61,403 bases of DNA, filler included, from Anaerolineae bacterium (GCA_029262755.1; 6 parts of 6 records of this genome joined end to end with filler, not necessarily neighbours in it), one strand, 5' to 3'; numbered from the whole stretch's first letter, positions 21,561 to 33,901 are shown. The notes: generated from the sequence alone by a model not told the origin. A program made the numbers and translations.

Positions 21561-22083
21561 CTAATACCCTTCCTAGGCTTGCGAGCGCGCGGTGCTGCAA
21601 CGACTTTACCGCGCCCTCTGTTTTCCCAAGGATCTGAGCAACCTCAAGATTGCTCAGCCCGTCTACGAACTTCAGGATGACCACTTGCTGCTGGTCGTCC
21701 GTGAGCTCCGATAGCGCCCTGCGGAGTTGATGATGCGCAAACTCCGATTCCAGCACGCCCGTCGGGTGCTCGAGTGATGCGACCAACTTCTCTTCGAGCG
21801 AAACCGCCGACTGCGACGGTTGGCGCCGGAAATGGTCGACCACCAAGTTGCTGGCGATCCGATACAGCCAAGCCGAGAAGGGTACGCCGCGGAAGCTATA
21901 GGTGTCGATCGCTTCCATCGCCTTGACGAAGACCTCCATCGTGAGGTCCTCGGCAAGCGACTGCTCGCCCACTCGATAAAAGATGTATCGGTATACACCG
22001 TTGTAAAACCGCTCGTAGATCTCGCCAAATGCGTCAGGGTCGTAGCCCTGCGCCTTGCGGATCAAGTCATGCTCTTCCTGCAC
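21535..22083 (-). CDS. ECF RNA polymerase sigma-70 factor
   Basis: GTG at 22083 after GAGGA. AFGEIYERFYNGVYRYIFYRV, AEDLTMEVF, FSAWLYRIASN, LTDDQQQVVILKFVDGLSNLEVAQILGKTEGAVKSLQHRAL. Confidence 0.95.
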   Translation of the reverse strand: MQEEHDLIRKAQGYDPDAFGEIYERFYNGVYRYIFYRVGEQSLAEDLTMEVFVKAMEAIDTYSFRGVPFSAWLYRIASNLVVDHFRRQPSQSAVSLEEKLVASLEHPTGVLESEFAHHQLRRALSELTDDQQQVVILKFVDGLSNLEVAQILGKTEGAVKSLQHRALASLGRVLGERGEVPA

Positions 22084-22180
22084 AGGCGGCTTCCTCGTGA
22101 TGTTTAACGGGGGGGATAGGGGTCGAGATACGGCCTCGTGTGAGGAAAAGATTAAGGCGTGGGAGGCCGCAGCCGCGCCT

Positions 22181-22209
22181 ATCCTACCGAATTCCCCGAG
22201 AGGGGTCAA
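22181..22209 (-). promoter_or_regulatory. sigma70 promoter of the ECF sigma gene
   Basis: TTGACC-N17-TAGGAT; the TAG is also the stop codon of the upstream methyltransferase. Confidence 0.65.
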
Positions 22210-23170
22210 CGCTTCGCGAGGGCTTCGACTTAATGTGCTCATCGAGCTTGTGAGCAACGGCAAACACGTCGTTCCCGACCAAGACACGCACCGGTGTGCG
22301 CATCGCTGCAGCGGCGATCCAACGCACCGCCGGCCTTCGAAGGACCGGATATCCTCGGGCTCGTTGCGGATCGGGATACGCCCGCTCCGCACCGCGCATC
22401 GCATGTCGGGTCGACCACTCTTCCACCCACACACGACCGATCAATCCCGCCCGCCGCAGCGCCAAGTGTAAGGAGCGCGGCGACTGTTCGTTGACGTGGA
22501 CCTTGTGCTCGTATTCCGACCGGGGGCTGGTTGGAATGTCCGGACTGAGCATCCGCAACAGTGGGTATGCCACCGTCAAGGCCCAGCGATTGGGCAATGT
22601 ATGGACGACGACGCGACCCCGGCTACTTAAGATACGGTGAACCTCGTTCAAGCACTGGCTAAGCTGCCACGGATGCAGATGCTCCACGACGTCCAGCAAC
22701 AGCACCCGGTCGGCCGAGCCATCCGCTAACGGGATTCGGCCGGCGTCGGCGGCCAGACAGTGGACGCTGCCGATACTGTGGTCGCTGCCGACACGGTGGT
22801 CGCTTCCGACACGGTGGTCGCTGCCGACAGCGGACGCCGCGCTCCCGGCCCCGGCCCGATCGCGCGCCGCTGACAGCACCCGCTCGCATGTTCCGCGCGT
22901 CAAGGTCAGCGCGTCCGGGCTGTAATCGACCGCCGTCACGCGTGCTCCGGCCAATGCGGCGTGTGACGCTGCTTCACCGCGCCCGCAGCCGATGTCCACC
23001 ACGTGTTGTCCCGCTTCGATGCCGGCCAGCGCCAAGGAGCGCGCGAGCCGCGGCCGGAGCGTCCGTCCCTGCTGCGCGAGAAAGTCCTCGTGCTCTCCGG
23101 CAGCGAACATCTGCAAGAGTTCGGCGCGATAGAGTTGGGCGGGCACGGGCACGGGACGCGCCGCCGTCAC
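22184..23170 (-). CDS. Class I SAM-dependent methyltransferase
   Basis: VVDIGCGRGE, AVDYS, ADAGRIPLADGSADRVLLLDVVEHL. GTGA overlap with the upstream gene. Confidence 0.88.
   Translation of the reverse strand: MTAARPVPVPAQLYRAELLQMFAAGEHEDFLAQQGRTLRPRLARSLALAGIEAGQHVVDIGCGRGEAASHAALAGARVTAVDYSPDALTLTRGTCERVLSAARDRAGAGSAASAVGSDHRVGSDHRVGSDHSIGSVHCLAADAGRIPLADGSADRVLLLDVVEHLHPWQLSQCLNEVHRILSSRGRVVVHTLPNRWALTVAYPLLRMLSPDIPTSPRSEYEHKVHVNEQSPRSLHLALRRAGLIGRVWVEEWSTRHAMRGAERAYPDPQRARGYPVLRRPAVRWIAAAAMRTPVRVLVGNDVFAVAHKLDEHIKSKPSRSVDPSRGIR
22760..22831. repeat. 18-bp tandem repeat x4 (VGSDHR) in the methyltransferase
   Basis: GTGGTCGCTGCCGACACG units with minor variants. Confidence 0.9.
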
Positions 23171-26100
23171 GGCGTCTCGGCCTCCGCGGCCTGCAACAGG
23201 GTGCGCGGAAGATAGATCTCGTCCCGCGCGCGCCCGCACACGTCGAAGGTGACGTCGTCGAGCACGAGGGCCGTTACGTCGCCGCGGGCCCCTACCTCGT
23301 CCCGATTGAGGACCGCAAGGTAGAGCGTGACGTCGTGCGCGGCCGTCGGCGCGTTGGGGGCGTCGAGTCCGAAGGCGGCTAGGATCGCTTCGTCGATCGG
23401 CAGGGCCAGGCGCGACCAGAGCCCCGGTCGTCCGGGCGGAGGCCCGGCATACAGCACGTGCCGGGCGCCATCCGTTTCGCGTCGGATCTCCGCGACGAAC
23501 ACATCGCCTTCCGCGATCGAGCGCGGCTGCATCCACAGTGAAAGCGTGCCCGAGACGACCTCCCGCGGCAGGCGCATCGTGCGCCGAGCCCCCGCATACC
23601 CGAAGCCGTCCTCGGCCGCCTCGAGCAGGCCGAGCTGTAGCGCGGCCGCGCCGCCGTGGTTCGGCTCGTCGATGCGGACGGCCGGTTGATCGCCGACGAC
23701 GCGCCACGCACCGAGCTCGGACGCCTCAAAGCCGCCCCCTTCCAATGCCGCGACGCAAGCGAGTGGACGTTCACCGCTTCCCACCGTGGAGGTCGGTCGA
23801 GGCGTCGGCACGGCGTCCGGCGTCCGGGGCGGCGGGTAGCCGGAGGGGTCGGGTGTAGCGGTTGGCTCCGTGTCGGGCGTCTCGGTGCCCGCCGGCGGCT
23901 CGCGCAGCGGTGTGCAGGCCTCGAGGCTGACCTCATCCACCCGCAGATAGCTCTTGCGTCCGTCGCCGTCGTTGATGACCCCGAAGTACAAGGTGAGCGC
24001 TTCACCGCCCCGAGCTTGCAGGATGTCCGTCACGTCGAAGGCGTGGGTCGTCCACGCGCTATTGGCCGGCAGGGCGACGCCGCCGAGGCCGACGACCTTC
24101 CCGTCGGCGTCGAATACGCGGACCATCCGGGTGTCGCTGCTCTGACCCGCGGTCTTCGCCTGGAACCGCAGCTGCGCACGGCTCACACCCGAGGGCACCG
24201 CGACGGACTGGGAGGCCGAGGCAAAGCTACGTACGTCATCGGGGTCGGCGTCACGCAGGCCGACGAACATGGCCTGCACGCCGGACCGAACGTCCCAGCG
24301 GGTGAAGAAGGCCCGGTTGAGGCGCCACGCCTGGTCGTCCCCGTCCTCGAAGCCGCCGTCCGTGACCAGGTCACGGCAACCCACGGGCAGCGCCGTTGGC
24401 GTCGGTCCTGCCGTCGCCGTGGGCCGCGGCGTCGCGGTCGGCGGCGCGGTCGGTCGCGGATCCGGCGAGCCGGCACGAAGCTCCGCCATGCGCGCGACGA
24501 CGCCGGTGCGCAGCCCCGAGAGCTGAGCGTGGAGACCCTCGCCCGGGCACACCGTGTGGCCCGGCAGGGCATCCCGGTGGCCCATGATGCGGTGCGCGAA
24601 CCGTGTGCCCGCAAGCTCGACCGTAGCCTGGGGATCGATGTCGTAGCGCACGGCTCGCCTGGCCAGCAGCTCGACCAGCGAACCGTAGGCCGTCGCGCGG
24701 GGTTCTTGCTCAGCCGCCGTGAACGTGCCGAGCATGGCCACGCCGATCGTGTTGGGGTTGTACTGTCTTGCGTGGCCGCCCTGCACGACCAAATCGCCGC
24801 GTTCACCGCCGAAGCGTCCTTCATAGATGTTGCCGCGGTCGTCGATCAGCACGTTGTAGCCGATGTCGCCCCAGCCACGGGTGATGGCATGGAAGTGATA
24901 GATGGAACGGACGACCGCGGCCGGATCCACCGGATCGTTCGACGTGACCGTATGGTGGACGATCAACGCGCGCGGCTGGGTGTAGCGCGGCGGCCACACG
25001 ACGTCGCCGTCGTCATCGAGACGGAGCGACTCGTCCGCGCCCCACGCGGCGCGCGTGATGACCGGGGGCCCATCGTCCTCGCCCGCGGCCGTGACCTCGC
25101 CCGCGACCGATAGCGCACCGACGCCGCCTGCGCCGCGCCCCGTTCCTGTCGGCGCTCGGCTGGCGGAGGCCGCGATACGCGGAGCACGCGGACCTTCATC
25201 CGCATCGAGATAGTGGATGGTCAGCGCGCCGATGCGGGGCGCGTCGTCGGACAGGGCGATCACGCGCACCTGCGCGAAGCGACCGCGTGCGATCCACAGC
25301 CGCGTCCAATGCTCGGCCTCGGGCCCGCGGCGCAACCCGTCGTCATCGGTGACGAGTTCTTCCCACGCGGACCAGATGTCGCCATCTCGGCTGACGCGCG
25401 CCTCCAGACGCAAGCCCGCGCCATCGGGGCGTACGGCGAGCGGCGTGGCATCTACGGCTTCGTCGATCCCGTCGGCCGAAGCATTGGTCGAGGCCGCGTT
25501 ATCATCCGCATCTTCGACCCCCTCGGCTTCATCTGAAGCGGGAGCGGGCGTAGCATCCCGTTCGCCTTCCGATGCGTCGTCGTCCGTTTGCGGCGCCGGC
25601 TCCTCGAGCCAGCGAACAGCCAGAGCCATGAAGGGGAAATCGGCCTCGACAACCGGGCCCTCGAAAACGAGATTCGGTCCCGTGTCCCCATCGGCCGCCG
25701 CGGCCAGCGCCGCGATCTCCGGCTCATCGTCCTCCGTGGCGGCGGGAGCCGTCAGGTCCAGCTCGTGGGAACCGGATTGCACGGGCGCGGGGGTGGGTCC
25801 GCGAGCGGGGCCGGGGCCGAAACCTGGCCCGGGATCCGAAGGTCGCGCAGCACGACCCGCGATCTCGGCGGAAGGTCCAGCGGACGAAGCGCCGTCTGCG
25901 TCGGAGGTAGGGCGATCTTCCGTGCGATCACCGCTGCGATCTTCGTCCGCGGTCGCGCCTGCGACCGCCGGGCCGTCCGGCGTCGAGGCGCCCGAGTCCG
26001 GCCCGCTTGGCTCGTCGAGTCCCCGTTCGTCGTTCGCGGCCCCTTCATCCGCACCGTCCGCTACATCTTCCGTTACATCTTCCGGTGCATCTTCCGCCGT

Positions 26101-27666
26101 TTCGTCCGATCGTCCCTCCGACTCGGACTGGGCGGCAACGTCCACTTCTCCGCCCTCCACGGTCACGACCGGCGTGAAACCGTCGGAGAAGCGGAACGCG
26201 AACGCGTGGAATCCCGCCTCGAGGGTCGACGTGAAGCGCCATGTGCTGCCCAGGCGATGATCGGTCCGGCCGTCGTCCTCCTCCGCCGCGAGGAGCATCG
26301 GCTGGGCTTGGCCGTCCAGGACGAGCTCCGCGACGGAGGGCGGGTCACCGTCGCCGTCTTGGTAGCGCACCGTGAACGTATGCACGGCGTCGCCGTCACC
26401 CGCGGTGTTCACGCCGACGCCTGCTTCGGATAGCCGCGGCGACTCCGGTAGCCGGACCCGCGCGCCCGTGTAGTAGTGATCGACGATCTCCGCGGCCGTC
26501 GCACCCCAGTCGGCCAAGACCGCTGCGCCCTCCTGGCTCATGCCTGCGCCATGGCCCCATCGACGCGCGAAGGGGTCCGGTGAGGCCACGCTGCGAAGGT
26601 GACCGACCTGCCGCCCGCCGCAACAGGGACTCTCTTCGCTGTCGAGCGTGCGCTCGGCGGCTCGGGCGAAGAAGAGTGCCTCGACGAGGCCGAGGCCCGG
26701 CGCCGACGTTCCGTCGATGCCGCGCACGACCTGGCCGGAGGTCGATTCCACGGCAGCGTCGCTGATGTCGTAGTGCACGGGCCGCCACACCTGAGTCCGC
26801 GTCGTCGTATCTACGTTGGCGTCCAAGCCGCGTTCGCAGCGCGTGGGATCCCCGGCCGTTTCGGGCAAGCATCGCGTAGCGGCATAGGTGCGCGACGCGA
26901 TGGCCTGGGCCTGCAACGCGCTGAACGCGCGACGGAAGACGTAGCCCATCTCGGTCGGCACCACACCCTTCAGGTACTCGTCCATATCCATCGCCATGAT
27001 TCGGCCGTCCGGCATCAAGACCCGCACGGAACGTGGAGTGTCGGTGATCACGGCGGCGGCCAGCAATGACAGGGCGGGCGGGTCCTCGCTCGCGGCGCTC
27101 AGCGGGGGGTCTTGTTCCGGGTCTTGGTCCTGGTCGACGCCGTCTTCGGTACCGGTGGAGGGCGGGCTATCCGCACGTGCGCGAACGGCGGCAGCGATCG
27201 CTGCCGCGGCGGCCGCGTCCGCCGCGACCGGCGGCAGCGCGATATCGAGTCTTGATGCGCCGTCGGCCCGCAGCGGGTCGAGCTCGTGGTCGATGGCCGT
27301 AGCGCCATGAAAACCGGGCGCCGTCACGCGAACGCGATAGTGCCCCGGCGGCAACGAGATGCGGTAGGTGCCCCGTGCGTCCGTCAGCCCGAGCGCGTCG
27401 CCGGCCCTTACCTGGGCCCCTGCGATTGGTTCGCCCGTGGCCAAGTCCGTGACCGTACCAACCAAGCGGCCGCTTCCGCGCGCATCGAGTGCGACGGAGC
27501 CGCTTGCAGTTGAAGACGGCGGAATACCTGCTTGGGCCCTGGCCGGATCAAGCGCGTAATAGCGCGCGCCCGCCACCAGCATCGCGGCAAGGATCGCCGG
27601 CGCGAGCAGCTGGGCGGCCGCCCTCCGGGCTAAGCCGCGACGCCGGTCGTACCGGCGCGGGATCAC
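23167..27666 (-). CDS. Secreted SpoIID/LytB lytic-transglycosylase + Amidase_2 multidomain peptidoglycan hydrolase (1499 aa)
   Basis: GTG 27666 (GTGA overlap), signal peptide, Ig domain; SpoIID motifs EYLKGVVPTEM, ALQAQAIASRTYA, GHGAGMSQEGA; amidase motifs IVHHT, GWGDIGYN, GHRD...CPG; two GGFE CBM-like domains; IYLP tail. Confidence 0.9.
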   Translation of the reverse strand: MIPRRYDRRRGLARRAAAQLLAPAILAAMLVAGARYYALDPARAQAGIPPSSTASGSVALDARGSGRLVGTVTDLATGEPIAGAQVRAGDALGLTDARGTYRISLPPGHYRVRVTAPGFHGATAIDHELDPLRADGASRLDIALPPVAADAAAAAAIAAAVRARADSPPSTGTEDGVDQDQDPEQDPPLSAASEDPPALSLLAAAVITDTPRSVRVLMPDGRIMAMDMDEYLKGVVPTEMGYVFRRAFSALQAQAIASRTYAATRCLPETAGDPTRCERGLDANVDTTTRTQVWRPVHYDISDAAVESTSGQVVRGIDGTSAPGLGLVEALFFARAAERTLDSEESPCCGGRQVGHLRSVASPDPFARRWGHGAGMSQEGAAVLADWGATAAEIVDHYYTGARVRLPESPRLSEAGVGVNTAGDGDAVHTFTVRYQDGDGDPPSVAELVLDGQAQPMLLAAEEDDGRTDHRLGSTWRFTSTLEAGFHAFAFRFSDGFTPVVTVEGGEVDVAAQSESEGRSDETAEDAPEDVTEDVADGADEGAANDERGLDEPSGPDSGASTPDGPAVAGATADEDRSGDRTEDRPTSDADGASSAGPSAEIAGRAARPSDPGPGFGPGPARGPTPAPVQSGSHELDLTAPAATEDDEPEIAALAAAADGDTGPNLVFEGPVVEADFPFMALAVRWLEEPAPQTDDDASEGERDATPAPASDEAEGVEDADDNAASTNASADGIDEAVDATPLAVRPDGAGLRLEARVSRDGDIWSAWEELVTDDDGLRRGPEAEHWTRLWIARGRFAQVRVIALSDDAPRIGALTIHYLDADEGPRAPRIAASASRAPTGTGRGAGGVGALSVAGEVTAAGEDDGPPVITRAAWGADESLRLDDDGDVVWPPRYTQPRALIVHHTVTSNDPVDPAAVVRSIYHFHAITRGWGDIGYNVLIDDRGNIYEGRFGGERGDLVVQGGHARQYNPNTIGVAMLGTFTAAEQEPRATAYGSLVELLARRAVRYDIDPQATVELAGTRFAHRIMGHRDALPGHTVCPGEGLHAQLSGLRTGVVARMAELRAGSPDPRPTAPPTATPRPTATAGPTPTALPVGCRDLVTDGGFEDGDDQAWRLNRAFFTRWDVRSGVQAMFVGLRDADPDDVRSFASASQSVAVPSGVSRAQLRFQAKTAGQSSDTRMVRVFDADGKVVGLGGVALPANSAWTTHAFDVTDILQARGGEALTLYFGVINDGDGRKSYLRVDEVSLEACTPLREPPAGTETPDTEPTATPDPSGYPPPRTPDAVPTPRPTSTVGSGERPLACVAALEGGGFEASELGAWRVVGDQPAVRIDEPNHGGAAALQLGLLEAAEDGFGYAGARRTMRLPREVVSGTLSLWMQPRSIAEGDVFVAEIRRETDGARHVLYAGPPPGRPGLWSRLALPIDEAILAAFGLDAPNAPTAAHDVTLYLAVLNRDEVGARGDVTALVLDDVTFDVCGRARDEIYLPRTLLQAAEAETP

Positions 27667-28043
27667 GACTCGTCCGGCTCCGAGCCGAACAACCCGCGGA
27701 AATCCCCGTCGAAGCCGGAGAGGAATGACGCGACATCGAGCACATCGTCCTCCACGAGCGGCGTCAAGCGCCGGAATCGCCGCGCCTCGGCGTCCGTGAG
27801 TTCGTGCAACGAGCGACGTGCGGTCGCCGTGGCTGCGACCTCGTGATCGCGGGGCTTGATGACGGCGCGGATGAGGCTGAGGGTGTAGCAGTTGTGACAG
27901 ACCGCGGCCAACTCCCACACGCGTTCATCGCGGTGGGCAAGCACATGCACGTCCTCGGAGTGATACGCGGACGCACAATCCGTACACGAGGCATGATCGA
28001 TCAGGAACCGAACCACACGTTCGGAAGTGTCTTCCTTCGTCAT
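27663..28043 (-). CDS. Hypothetical Zn-ribbon protein
   Basis: CTDC...CHNC pairs; C-terminal DDVLDVASFLSGFDGDFRGLF; co-oriented between rplI and the hydrolase. Confidence 0.75.
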   Translation of the reverse strand: MTKEDTSERVVRFLIDHASCTDCASAYHSEDVHVLAHRDERVWELAAVCHNCYTLSLIRAVIKPRDHEVAATATARRSLHELTDAEARRFRRLTPLVEDDVLDVASFLSGFDGDFRGLFGSEPDES

Positions 28044-28085
28044 GCCGGCCAGCCTTTCGGAGCAATGCTCCTCAGTCCGAGGCCC

Positions 28086-28682
28086 CTAGGCCTCGTCGGC
28101 CCCCTCGTCCTGATCGCCCTGATCCCACTCGGAGTCCGAGTCCGACGGCGCGGACTCACTCGCGACGAGATCTGCGATCGGGTTGCCGTCCTCGTCGAGA
28201 CCGAGATCCACCGGCGTGTCGATGACGAGGTTCTCCTCATCGCCTTCGACGTGCACGATGGCCTTGGCGACGACACCGGGCATCAAATGGATCGGCACCT
28301 CGTGAGCACCCAAGGTTCGCAGGGTCTCATCGAGCACGACCTTGCGGCGGTCGACCTCGATGCCGAGCTGCTCCTCGATGGCGCTCGCGATGTCGCTGGA
28401 CGTGATCGAGCCGTAGAGACGACCCGTCTCTCCGACACGCGCCTCGAAGCGGATGTCGAGTGCCTCGATCTGCTTGGCGACGCCCATCATCTCGCCGCGC
28501 AAACGATCTTGGCGCTTCGACTCGGTGCGCTTCAGATCGTCGATCTGCTTGGTCGCGCCGGCCGTCGCCAACACGGCGATGCCCTGCGGGAGCAGATAGT
28601 TGCGGCCGTAGCCATCGGCGACCTTGCACAGGTCGCCCACTTGCCCGAGCTTGGGCATGTTTTGCTTCAGAATGACCTTCAT
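28086..28682 (-). CDS. rplI: 50S ribosomal protein L9 with acidic C-terminal tail
   Basis: MKVILKQ..LGQVGD..KVADGYGRNYLLPQG, GRLYGSIT. Confidence 0.98.
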   Translation of the reverse strand: MKVILKQNMPKLGQVGDLCKVADGYGRNYLLPQGIAVLATAGATKQIDDLKRTESKRQDRLRGEMMGVAKQIEALDIRFEARVGETGRLYGSITSSDIASAIEEQLGIEVDRRKVVLDETLRTLGAHEVPIHLMPGVVAKAIVHVEGDEENLVIDTPVDLGLDEDGNPIADLVASESAPSDSDSEWDQGDQDEGADEA

Positions 28683-28713
28683 TGGATGTCTATCCCCTTG
28701 CTAAGAGACGGGG

Positions 28714-31504
<2,791 letters not shown>

Positions 31505-31511
31505 GGCGCGG

Positions 31512-31520
31512 ATTCTAGCA
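31512..31520 (-). promoter_or_regulatory. Extended -10, probably leaderless mazG transcript
   Basis: TGcTAGAAT ccgcgcc ATG. Confidence 0.6.
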
Positions 31521-31607
31521 GAGGGGCTCAGCGGGAACGGGTGCCCGCCGGATGCCGGTGGCGCAACGTGCGTGAACCGCGAGCGGATCGACGCGAGCTC
31601 GGACGTG

Positions 31608-31997
31608 TCAGCTGGCGAGCCCGGGGTCGGCCGCAGCCGCAGCCGCGGCCAACGTCTCCGCGACCGTGCGTGTCAGGGCGCGGGGGCTGAACGGCTTTTC
31701 GATCATGCCGTGCCCCCGAGTCCGGATGTGCTCCATCATGTCGATACGCGCCGACAGGACGATCACGGGCGGACGCTTGTCCACGGGCCGACGCTCGAGT
31801 TCCTCGAGAAAGGTCAGGCCGTCCATGCGTGGCATCATCAGATCTAGGACGATCAGGTCCGGCACCAACTCGTCCATCGCCTCGATCGCCGCGACCCCCT
31901 CGCCGGCCAGCGCGACCCGATGCCCGGCCATCTCCAACGTGAAGCGAACGACCGTACGAATCGCTCCATCGTCGTCGACCACCAGGATACGCGCCAT
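31608..31997 (-). CDS. Single-domain response regulator (CheY-like receiver)
   Basis: ILVVDDD, PDLIVLDLMMPRMDG, VLSA, KPF. Confidence 0.93.
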   Translation of the reverse strand: MARILVVDDDGAIRTVVRFTLEMAGHRVALAGEGVAAIEAMDELVPDLIVLDLMMPRMDGLTFLEELERRPVDKRPPVIVLSARIDMMEHIRTRGHGMIEKPFSPRALTRTVAETLAAAAAAADPGLAS

Positions 31998-32009
31998 GCA
32001 AGGCTCCGT

Positions 32010-32024
32010 GGGGGGGGGGGGGGG
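32010..32024. repeat. G15 homopolymer in the 5' leader of the response regulator
   Basis: 15 consecutive G within a CCGTG/CACGG inverted repeat. Confidence 0.9.
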
Positions 32025-32208
32025 CACGGCCCACCGCAGGCTGCGCGGCGGCCGAAGGGGCCAGCATCCCATTGTATCGTCCGGCCTCCTGCCCAACGCG
32101 CGGTCATGTCTCGATCCCGTTACAGCCAACGCCGTGACGAGAGCATCGTGACGGGTGCTCCGCGGGAAGCCGACGGCTCGGGTCTTTCGTGGCTCCTGCG
32201 GCGCGGCC

Positions 32209-32214
32209 TATAAT
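32209..32214 (+). promoter_or_regulatory. Consensus -10, probably leaderless PBP transcript
   Basis: TATAAT ccgcgccc ATG, no SD. Confidence 0.6.
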
Positions 32215-32222
32215 CCGCGCCC

Positions 32223-32673
32223 ATGTCCCTTACACCTACCGAACGACTCTTGCTGCAACGTCGCCTTGCGCGTGTCGAGCGCCGCCAGCCATGGCTGCTC
32301 GTCGCCGTCCTTGCGACGTTGGCGTTTGTCGTTGGTCTCCCGCTGCTGACCGCGGGTGGAGCGGTCATCGGTGCCGGGGTCGCCTATGCGAGCCTGGAGA
32401 AGGAACTCGAGGAGGGCCTCGCGCGCATCCAAAATCTGGACGAGCGTGAAACATTCGAGACGACGCGGATCACGGATCGCAACGGCACGTTGCTTCGGCT
32501 CGTTATCCACGAAGGCAAGCGCACCTACGTGCCGCTTTCGGACATCTCGCGCCCACTGATCGAGGCCACCATCGCGGTGGAGGACGCGAACTTCTACGCA
32601 AACCCCGGCATCGACGTCGAGGGCATCGGCCGCGCGGTGATCGGCGATGTGCTCGCCCTGACGCGACGGCTGC
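32223..32673 (+). CDS. Class A penicillin-binding protein (transglycosylase N-terminus; 3' partial)
   Basis: TM anchor, TRITDRNGTLL, RTYVPLSDIS, ATIAVEDANFYANPGID. Confidence 0.9.
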
Positions 32674-32773
32674 NNNNNNNNNNNNNNNNNNNNNNNNNNN
32701 NNNNNNNNNNNNNNNNNTTAATTAATTAANNNNNNNNNNNNNNNNNNNNNNNNNNNNNNNNNNNNNNNNNNNN
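32674..32773. other. Artificial contig spacer
   Basis: N44-TTAATTAATTAA-N44. Confidence 0.99.
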
Positions 32774-32785
32774 CATCTCCGGTGC

Positions 32786-33745
32786 TCATTCGTACACCTC
32801 GCGGAAGCGCGCAACGATGCGGCTGCTGATGAAGTTGAGGGCGAAGGTCATAAGGAACAACAACAGGCCGATCGCGAAGAGGCTGTTGTAGTCGACCGAG
32901 TCGTAGCTGAGATCACCGCCGGAGATGCGGACGATATGGCCGGTCATGGTCTCCGCGGCCTCGAAGGGGTTGAAGGTGAAGTTGGGGCCGGCGCCGGCGG
33001 CGATGGCCACGATCATCGTCTCGCCGACGGCACGCGAGATCGCCACGATGAACGCGGCCGTGACGCCCGATAGCGCCGCAGGGAGCACCACGCGCATGGA
33101 GGTCTCCAGGCGGGTCGCGCCGAGCCCGAACGCGGCCTGACGCAGTCCGTCCGGTACCGCATGCAGAGCATCCTCGCTCATAGACGAGACGAGCGGGATG
33201 ATCAAGATGCCGATGACGATGCCCGCCGAGGCCGTGTTGTAGATCTGGACCACGTCTTCCCCGAAGAGCATGCGTAGGATCGGGGTCATGAACGTAAGGG
33301 CAAAGTAGCCGTACACCACGGTGGGGATGCCGGCCAGGACCTCGAGTACGGGCTTGAGCACGCCACGCATCTTCGGCGTGGCGTACTCGCTCAAGTAGAT
33401 CGCGACGCCAAGGCCAGTGGGAAGCGCCACGAGCATGCCGATGGCCGTCACGGTGAGGGTGGCGTTGACGAGTGGCCAGATTCCGAATCGTCCGATGGCC
33501 GGCTGCCATTGGGTCCCACCGAAGAACGCGGCCAAGCTCACCCCGCTGGTCTGGAAGAAGAGCAAGGCTTCCTTCCCGAGTACGAACACGATCCCGAGGG
33601 TCGTCAGGATCGAGATCGCACCGCATGCGAACAGGCCGGCCTCGATGGCCGTCTCCAATCCATTGCGCCGCCGACGCAGATCGAGCAGCACCTCTGCGTG
33701 GGAGGCGGCTCCATCGTGGTCCGCCACCGTACTGGATGTCGTCAT
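32786..33745 (-). CDS. pstC: Phosphate ABC transporter permease PstC
   Basis: [39 protein letters not shown]. An overlapping ATG at 32789 is probably the pstA start, cut by the contig edge. Confidence 0.96.
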   Translation of the reverse strand: MTTSSTVADHDGAASHAEVLLDLRRRRNGLETAIEAGLFACGAISILTTLGIVFVLGKEALLFFQTSGVSLAAFFGGTQWQPAIGRFGIWPLVNATLTVTAIGMLVALPTGLGVAIYLSEYATPKMRGVLKPVLEVLAGIPTVVYGYFALTFMTPILRMLFGEDVVQIYNTASAGIVIGILIIPLVSSMSEDALHAVPDGLRQAAFGLGATRLETSMRVVLPAALSGVTAAFIVAISRAVGETMIVAIAAGAGPNFTFNPFEAAETMTGHIVRISGGDLSYDSVDYNSLFAIGLLLFLMTFALNFISSRIVARFREVYE

Positions 33746-33901
33746 GGTCGCATCGTCATGGTTAGGGTGAGATGTTCCTTCTGGCGGTCGGCAAACGCCG
33801 CTATGTCGTATGCGCAGCTCGCTCAAGTTTCTTGCCGGCTTGTCCCGCTGACGTGGTTTACGCAAGGCGCGTGCTGATTCCGTGCCCAAGAGCGCGCAAC
33901 C

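Noticed and set aside
22110..22120. 8-nt complementarity between the ECF leader C-tract (CUAUCCCC) and the rplI SD (GGGGAUAG)
   Set aside because: Short generic anti-SD match between two mRNAs; likely chance.
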